Of a stretch of 64,000 nt of DNA, positions 57,851 through 64,000 are shown in pieces. The number at the start of each line of letters is the position of its first letter. Positions within the stretch are counted from its first letter, which is position 1. A program made the position numbers and the translations under genes. This DNA is from Candidatus Latescibacterota bacterium (GTDB lineage: Bacteria > Latescibacterota > UBA2968). Where the stretch lies: assembly GCA_965116885.1 (NCBI GenBank), contig OZ220741.1, forward strand, positions 3,104,001 through 3,168,000, in the 5' to 3' direction. The notes beneath the pieces are model-generated. The model was not told where the DNA came from, searched no databases, and was given only the letters and a program-made list of their open reading frames with translations.

Positions 57851-59278
57851 TTACGCGTGACGCTTTGACACGGTCATGGGAACGGGAGCTTTCACCATGG
57901 AAAGCAGGAAGAGAGCGCTGACCCGTTCCTTGAGCGGACCGGGAGAGACAGTATCAAGTCGCAACCGCTGGGCGGTGCTCGCCAAAAAATAAACGCAGAC
58001 GCGCATGGCAAATTCCCTTCCTGTACATTGGCGGGTATCATAACCGAACGGCATGTAGGCACACGGAGGGCGCTCCGGCTGTGGGTCCTTCAGCCAGCGC
58101 TCTGGCCGAAATTCTTCGGGTTGATCCCAATATTGCGGGTTCCGATTGTGGGCGTCTATAACGCTCAACACCATCGTCCCTTTGGGAATACTATAGCCAC
58201 CGAGATCATAATCCTGCCTTGTGACCCGGTTCAGCACAGGTGCGGGAGCCCCAAGTCGCAGAGTCTCTGACATAATGGCCCTGGTATAGGAGAGCTTATC
58301 ATAATCTTCGACCATGATCTGACGATCACCCAGGACATCATCGACCTCCTCTTCCAAACGCCTGCGCACTTCGGGATAATAGGCGATGTGGCCCACCGCC
58401 TTCGTGAGCGCAATCAGCGTTGGATCGATCGGAATCGTGATGTTTTCGACCAGCAGATCGTGAACCTCAAGGTCGCTGAGAAGTCCCTCTCCATCCTCCC
58501 TGGTATTCGCATCTATCAGACGCGAAGCCATGCTGTAGGGGGCATGGGACCCATTGCGGACTTGTTCGATGGTCTTGTAGATCAAGGCACTCAATTCCCA
58601 GAACGATTTTTTGGAACTTCTGCTCCTTGGCAGGGGGAACTTTCTAAGCAGCGATGTGCCCGGAAGAGCGCAGAGTATCATGTCCTGCTTGTATCCCTCC
58701 ATCGCATCCACGACGACGCTCGGCCGGATAGCGTCGAGTGCGTTTCCGAGATTCATGCGAATAACGCAATGCGCCTGGAGATCTCTCAATTCCTTCCAGA
58801 GGTGAATCATCTGGCCAGGCTTCCAGCGTGCGTGCAGTGCCTGGATATTCTCAATGATTCGCGCTGAATGTGCCTCCAGGAACTTACGGTCCAGGAGCCC
58901 TGGCCCCATCAGTTTGAGCGACCTTTCGTAAAACGCATCATCGCTCCCGTTCAGGCCCAAAGTACATTCGACAAAAAGACTCTTCTTTTCCGGGTTCATG
59001 TAGTCTATCGGGTTGAACTTGCGAAACGCCTGTACGGGTGGACCGTCTGGATTGTCTGGATCAGGGATTTTTGCTGTTAAAACTTCGTGTATGAGATCCA
59101 GATCATACACGATGCAGTAATTCAGGACCGGCATCTTGTAGTAGCTGATGTCACCGTATTTCTCGCGAAGCTCTTTCAGAAAACGGGAAAAATCCGACAT
59201 ATGTTTTATCAGATTGTACAGCTTGGGTCCCCTGGGACCGGGAGGCAATTTTGGGCTTTTTTTGATTGACTTTCGCAT
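57851..59278 (-). CDS. Cytochrome P450 with a non-canonical I-helix
   Basis: LPPGP, ETLR, FRPERW and PFGYDTRQCTG heme-thiolate motif; GAGGAGG RBS. Confidence 0.9.
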   Translation of the reverse strand: MRKSIKKSPKLPPGPRGPKLYNLIKHMSDFSRFLKELREKYGDISYYKMPVLNYCIVYDLDLIHEVLTAKIPDPDNPDGPPVQAFRKFNPIDYMNPEKKSLFVECTLGLNGSDDAFYERSLKLMGPGLLDRKFLEAHSARIIENIQALHARWKPGQMIHLWKELRDLQAHCVIRMNLGNALDAIRPSVVVDAMEGYKQDMILCALPGTSLLRKFPLPRSRSSKKSFWELSALIYKTIEQVRNGSHAPYSMASRLIDANTREDGEGLLSDLEVHDLLVENITIPIDPTLIALTKAVGHIAYYPEVRRRLEEEVDDVLGDRQIMVEDYDKLSYTRAIMSETLRLGAPAPVLNRVTRQDYDLGGYSIPKGTMVLSVIDAHNRNPQYWDQPEEFRPERWLKDPQPERPPCAYMPFGYDTRQCTGREFAMRVCVYFLASTAQRLRLDTVSPGPLKERVSALFLLSMVKAPVPMTVSKRHA

Positions 59279-59326
59279 ACGTCAATCCTCCTCATTTAGA
59301 TCTATGTCATAGCAATTCAAAAGCTA

Positions 59327-62300
59327 TTAGATTTGTGTCGCGTTTGCGCCGGGATGCCCGTTTTTTCGTTCCGAAAAATGGAAATACACCGTGGCCAGTG
59401 CGGGCACGATCATCATCAGAATCGCCGTTGCAAAGACGATTCCAAATCCCACTGACACGCCTAACGGGATTAAAAACTGCGCCTGAATACTTTGCTCGAG
59501 GATGAGTGGCGTGAAGCCGAGGAAGGTGGTCGCCGAGGTCACAAAAATCGGGCGAAAGCGCTCTTTGGCACCATTGATGATCGCATCTTGTATTGATACT
59601 TCCTCCTTCAACCGCTCGTTGATGAAATCGATCATCACGAGAGAATCATTCACGACGACTCCGCTGAGTCCGATGATTCCCCACATGGACGTAATGCTCA
59701 AATCAAGCCCCATGATCAGGTGGCCCAGGATGGCGCCGACGAGCCCGAAGGGGATGACGGCCATGATGATGAGGGGTTTGGTGTAGGAACCAAGAGGAAT
59801 CGCCAGCAACGCATATATCACCAGCAAAGCAAGGACCAGGCCGCGCCCGAGTGCGTCGAAGGATTCGAGTTGTTGCTGCTGCTCGCCTCCGAACGTATAG
59901 GTGAGGCCCGGGTGAATGTTCGCGAGATCAGGGAGGATCGTACTTGTGAGGATGTTGGTCACCTCCTCCCCCGTGATCACGGCAGGATCTACATCTGCAG
60001 TGACGATGACAACGCGCTGGCCGTTTTTCCGCCGAATTGACGAGGGTGAATCGCTCAAATTTACGGAAGCAACACGGCTCAGAGGCACTTCGGCTCCGGC
60101 CGGTGTACGGATCAGATAGCCCTCGACATCAGCGATTGCGTCTCGTTCCACCGCGGGAAGGCGCACGTACACACGCACATCTTCCTTGCCCCGTTGCACT
60201 CGAAGTGCTTCGTTGCCGAAGAACGCAGATCGCACCTGCCGGGCCAGTCCATCGAGCGTGAGACCGAGCGTTCGTGCTTCTGGCCGCAACTCAAGCTGGA
60301 TCTCCTGAAGGCCAGCGGCATGATCCGATTGAACATCGAAGACCCCCTGGAACCCGAGGAGACTTTCCACCACCGCGTCACCGATTGAACCGAGACGATC
60401 GGGGTCCGGATGGGAAAGCTCGATCTGGACAGAAGAGCCTAAGTCGATCAGATCTGCGGAGAACGTGAGGCTGCGAGCTACTGGTACAATGCCGACCTCT
60501 TCCCGCCATGCCTGTAGAAAGTCGCCCGAGGTAATATCCCTCCGCTCAGTTGGCTGCAGCTTGAACTCCACAGCGGCGATATGGGCCTGCGGCTTCAGGC
60601 TGGGTTCCTGTGCGATGCCTCCTCCGACCATCTGAGGTCTTGCGCCGACGGTCAAGTTCACCCCGACCACCAGCGGCTCGACATTCTCGGGCTGTCCTGC
60701 AGACAGCCGATTGATGGCCCGATGTCCCGCAGCTTCGATTTCCCTGGCCAGTCCGCCAGTCCGCTGAGCTAGCGTTCCTTCCGGCATTTCGAGGTTGGCC
60801 GTCACGATGTCGGCCTCAACAGGTTCGTTCAAGATCATTCCAATGATTCCCGCGGGGATCAGGGCGACGCAGAGAATGATCATTCCTACGCCACTTGCGA
60901 TCACCACGGCAGGTTGGCCTGTAGCCAGCCGTAGTATCCGGTCCAGGGGGCCTGCCACGAAGCGCTTCAACTCCCTATCCACGCGGTATTGGATGCGAGA
61001 GAAGAAGCGATCGAAGGGGTTGTTCGGTTTCCACTCAGGACCTGGCAAGTGGGACAAGTGATTTGGCAAGATCAACAGTGATTCCATCAGGGAAATCAAG
61101 AGTACGGTGATCAAGATCACCGGAACCGGACCCATCATACGTCCGATTGGCCCGGGTAGGAAAAGGAGAGGTGTGAAAGCAGCCACTGTCGTGAGGACTG
61201 CGAAGATCACAGGTCCCTTGATCCGTTGGGTACCGCGGATCGCCGCGAGGACCCCTGCCGTGCCCTTCTGCCGTTCGGCATGGATATACTCGGCCACGAC
61301 GATGGCGTCATCCACCACGATGCCAACTGCGAGAATGAAAGCGAATAGGGAGATCGTGTTGATGGAGACATTGAGGATCAGCATGACTGCCAACGCGCCA
61401 ACAAAGGAAATGCCAATTCCGGCGGCGACCCACAGGGCAAGCCGAATTTGTAGAAAGAGGGTTAGAGATACGAGGACAAGCATCAGCCCCAGAAAGCCGT
61501 TTTTGAGGAGCAGGTTGAGTCGGTCCTCGTAGATATCCGCGTCGTTATTCCAGATCTCTATCGTTACACCAGTGGGAAGCGAGGGGATCACGTACAGGTG
61601 CAAGTGTTCTTCTATGGCCTCCACGACATCCAGCACTTGTTCCCCTTCGGACCGGTACACCTCCACGAACGCGGCTCGCTGCCCGTTGTAGCGGGTGATC
61701 ATATCTATATCCTGGAAGCCATCGCGCACTTTGGCGATGTCGCCCAGACGAACCAGCGTACCGTCATCCCGGCTCAAGACTACGATATCCTCAAAATCCT
61801 GCTGGTCATAGTTCCGGCCCGTAGTTCGGACCCGCACTTCTGCATCCCTCGTCTCGATTCTGCCGGCTGATAGCTCAAGGGATTCGTTGCGAACTTCCCG
61901 CGAAATGTCCTCAAGGGTCAGTCTCAGAGCCTGCAGCCGGCGGAGAGGCACTTCGATCGAGATCTCGTAGTTGCGTACGCCACTCGTCTCGACATAAGAG
62001 ACCTCGGAAAGGGAGGAGAATTCGTCCTCAATTCGGTGGGCCAGTTCCTTGAGCGTGCGCTCGGATACGTCCCCGTAAAGAACCAGACGCATCACGCTCT
62101 GGCGATTAGTCATCTGTCTGATTTCTGGGCGCTCGGCCCCGATGGGAAAGGTCTGGATTCGGCTGATCGCAGACTCAATATCGTCCAGTGCACGGCTGAT
62201 GTTTGTGCCGATCTTCAATTCTGCCATGACGGATGCGTAGCCCTCCGTCGCGATAGCCGTGACCTCTTTCACTTCTTCAAGTGTTTCGACATGTTCCTCG

Positions 62301-62533
62301 ATCTTGAGGACAATCGACTCTTCCACTTCATCCGGGGTGGCGCCGGGGTAGGGCACCGATATCTCGATGTGGTCGAAAGAAAGCACTGGGAACGCTTCCT
62401 GCACCAGGCTATTCATCGAGATGAGTCCCGCCACCAGTATAAAGACCATCAGAAGATTGGCGGCGACGCCGTTCCTGACCATATAAGCTATGAGACCGCG
62501 CTGTTCTTGAGCGGAAATGTCGTCCTGGCTCAC
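59327..62533 (-). CDS. AcrB/AcrD/AcrF-family RND permease
   Basis: VAANLLM, YPGATP.EVEE, GIVVDDAIVV, GVVVNDS and RFRPI motifs. Confidence 0.93.
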   Translation of the reverse strand: MSQDDISAQEQRGLIAYMVRNGVAANLLMVFILVAGLISMNSLVQEAFPVLSFDHIEISVPYPGATPDEVEESIVLKIEEHVETLEEVKEVTAIATEGYASVMAELKIGTNISRALDDIESAISRIQTFPIGAERPEIRQMTNRQSVMRLVLYGDVSERTLKELAHRIEDEFSSLSEVSYVETSGVRNYEISIEVPLRRLQALRLTLEDISREVRNESLELSAGRIETRDAEVRVRTTGRNYDQQDFEDIVVLSRDDGTLVRLGDIAKVRDGFQDIDMITRYNGQRAAFVEVYRSEGEQVLDVVEAIEEHLHLYVIPSLPTGVTIEIWNNDADIYEDRLNLLLKNGFLGLMLVLVSLTLFLQIRLALWVAAGIGISFVGALAVMLILNVSINTISLFAFILAVGIVVDDAIVVAEYIHAERQKGTAGVLAAIRGTQRIKGPVIFAVLTTVAAFTPLLFLPGPIGRMMGPVPVILITVLLISLMESLLILPNHLSHLPGPEWKPNNPFDRFFSRIQYRVDRELKRFVAGPLDRILRLATGQPAVVIASGVGMIILCVALIPAGIIGMILNEPVEADIVTANLEMPEGTLAQRTGGLAREIEAAGHRAINRLSAGQPENVEPLVVGVNLTVGARPQMVGGGIAQEPSLKPQAHIAAVEFKLQPTERRDITSGDFLQAWREEVGIVPVARSLTFSADLIDLGSSVQIELSHPDPDRLGSIGDAVVESLLGFQGVFDVQSDHAAGLQEIQLELRPEARTLGLTLDGLARQVRSAFFGNEALRVQRGKEDVRVYVRLPAVERDAIADVEGYLIRTPAGAEVPLSRVASVNLSDSPSSIRRKNGQRVVIVTADVDPAVITGEEVTNILTSTILPDLANIHPGLTYTFGGEQQQQLESFDALGRGLVLALLVIYALLAIPLGSYTKPLIIMAVIPFGLVGAILGHLIMGLDLSITSMWGIIGLSGVVVNDSLVMIDFINERLKEEVSIQDAIINGAKERFRPIFVTSATTFLGFTPLILEQSIQAQFLIPLGVSVGFGIVFATAILMMIVPALATVYFHFSERKNGHPGANATQI

Positions 62534-63723
62534 GGATCTCCTCCATCCGCAATTCGCACCGACATGCCTTCCGTGGCGATCTGAATCCCACCCACGACGA
62601 CAGGTTGGCCCGCTTCGAGTGCTCCGATCACGAATACCTCATCGCCGGAACGTTGTAGGATGCGTACCGGGACTATAGTCACAGTGCTATTGCGTATCGC
62701 CCAGACTTCGTTGCCAGTCCTGAGCGCCGGGGGAGGCACTCTGTAATACCTATCTGGAGCGATTCCCTGAATTTGCACTTCCACGAACTTACCCACGAGA
62801 AGAGGCGGGACAGAACCCATGTCTGCCGCCTCGACCTGGGTCCCGCTCGTGAAAGGATCCGGAACGCGCACGATTACGTCGATGGTCCGCGTCTGTTTGT
62901 CCAGGGATGCCTCCGCCCGATCCACATAGCCTTTCCAGGCGTAGCTTCTATTACCGTATTCAGCTATGACACGAGCCTTGACCCGCCTATCTCCGTCGCC
63001 CGCTTCCAGCTTCCAAAGGTCGGGAATAAGGGCCGTATTGGCATCGGAGAGGGGAACCACCACCTCTACTGTATTGGTCGCATAAAGTCGCCCTACACTC
63101 TGACCGGCTACCACAAACTGCCCCATATCTATCGATTCTGCCTGCACGACACCTCTGAAAGGCGCGCGGACTTTTGTGCGTGCCAAAGCCAACTCGGCAT
63201 CGGCGAGCACAGCACTATCTCTCGCCACTGCGGCTCGGGCTGCCTCGAGCTGAGGCTCCCATAATGCAAGGGGATTGGCCTTGGCTATATCCGTTTGGCT
63301 GCGTCTGAATTGGGCGTACTCAGCGCGTGCGATCTGGGCTTCTTCATTCGTCCGGAGGAGTGCGACATGCTGTGCGACCACGTTGGCGCGGGCTTGCTTT
63401 ACTCTGTTGCGGTAGTCGGCGTCATTGATGCGAAAGAGAATTTGTCCCTTGCGGACTCGTCCACCGCTCTGAAAGGTAGGAGCGACCCAGATAATCTTAC
63501 CGTTGATTTCGGCGGCGACATCTATCTCTGCGACGGGCCGAACCGTTCCTGCCCCGTACACAGGGATGGCACCGGTACCGGCTATTACGGGAGTTGTGAC
63601 TGCGAAGGGAATTTGGGAGGGAAGAGGCCGGAGTTCTGGCTCGGGCCTTAACCAGACCATAAACCCGGCAAAAAACAGGGATATGAGGAGGATAGCACCG
63701 GCCGGGAACAAGCGTCGATTCAT
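62530..63723 (-). CDS. RND periplasmic adaptor (membrane fusion protein)
   Basis: N-terminal TM helix, GTVRP, lipoyl halves flanking a coiled coil, LARTKVRAPF. Confidence 0.9.
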   Translation of the reverse strand: MNRRLFPAGAILLISLFFAGFMVWLRPEPELRPLPSQIPFAVTTPVIAGTGAIPVYGAGTVRPVAEIDVAAEINGKIIWVAPTFQSGGRVRKGQILFRINDADYRNRVKQARANVVAQHVALLRTNEEAQIARAEYAQFRRSQTDIAKANPLALWEPQLEAARAAVARDSAVLADAELALARTKVRAPFRGVVQAESIDMGQFVVAGQSVGRLYATNTVEVVVPLSDANTALIPDLWKLEAGDGDRRVKARVIAEYGNRSYAWKGYVDRAEASLDKQTRTIDVIVRVPDPFTSGTQVEAADMGSVPPLLVGKFVEVQIQGIAPDRYYRVPPPALRTGNEVWAIRNSTVTIVPVRILQRSGDEVFVIGALEAGQPVVVGGIQIATEGMSVRIADGGDP

Positions 63724-63757
63724 CTCTTATCTCTCTTGGCTCATAGCGGTCGATGGG

Positions 63758-64000
63758 CTACCATTCTTGCGTTTCATCTTCGTCGTGGAGTGCCGTCGGT
63801 AGCTTGTATGAAATTTCATACTTGCCCAAATTCGACGTTTTCAGGATGATGTCGAAATGGGTGAAATCATGATGGTGAAACCAGCGCAGGTATAGCTTCT
63901 GAAGTACCCGCTCTACACGGTACTTTAATCGCATAAACGGAAGTATCCGAATTCGTTTCCCAGCTGGGAACCTGAATAAATCGGCCATATAGTTGCCGAT
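63758..64000 (-). CDS. C-terminus of a second Lcp/MpaB-family oxygenase (5' end outside window)
   Basis: IGNYMADLFRFP...ISYKLPTALHDEDETQEW aligns with IGDELADQLMFP...ISYRLPDKLHADEAKPW of 52045..53226; frame open to the window edge. Confidence 0.75.
   Translation of the reverse strand: MGNYMADLFRFPAGKRIRILPFMRLKYRVERVLQKLYLRWFHHHDFTHFDIILKTSNLGKYEISYKLPTALHDEDETQEW

Overview
A bacterial chromosomal window of about 46 genes with no recognisable rRNA, tRNA, CRISPR array, integrase or transposase. Sulfatases, PhyH/TauD dioxygenases, DHDPS and enolase paralogues, and secreted WD40/NHL/FG-GAP proteins with a paired EF-hand (dockerin-like) tail suggest an FCB-group organism such as Latescibacterota or Gemmatimonadota, possibly a sponge symbiont (inference only). 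Housekeeping genes (thrB end, tsaC, recD2, tesA with ybbA/ybbP-like ABC genes, cinA, purM) are mixed with catabolic clusters. Main observations: (1) At 52.0-64.0 kb, two convergent operons each contain an Lcp/MpaB-type heme oxygenase followed by a transport module: MMPL + LolA-like + outer-membrane barrel on one side, and MFP + RND + a non-canonical P450 on the other. This is a candidate lipid/isoprenoid oxidation and trafficking system. (2) A UGA-split AhpC/TSA gene is probably a UxxS selenoprotein with a SECIS-like hairpin. (3) Two convergent, terminator-ended candidate small RNAs lie between recD2 and tesA. (4) Two 5-6 kb gene blocks each end in a short decayed copy of part of the gene that precedes the block. 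(5) A complete sigma-54 promoter architecture precedes an ABC permease. All calls come from reading motifs by eye; no database searches were run.
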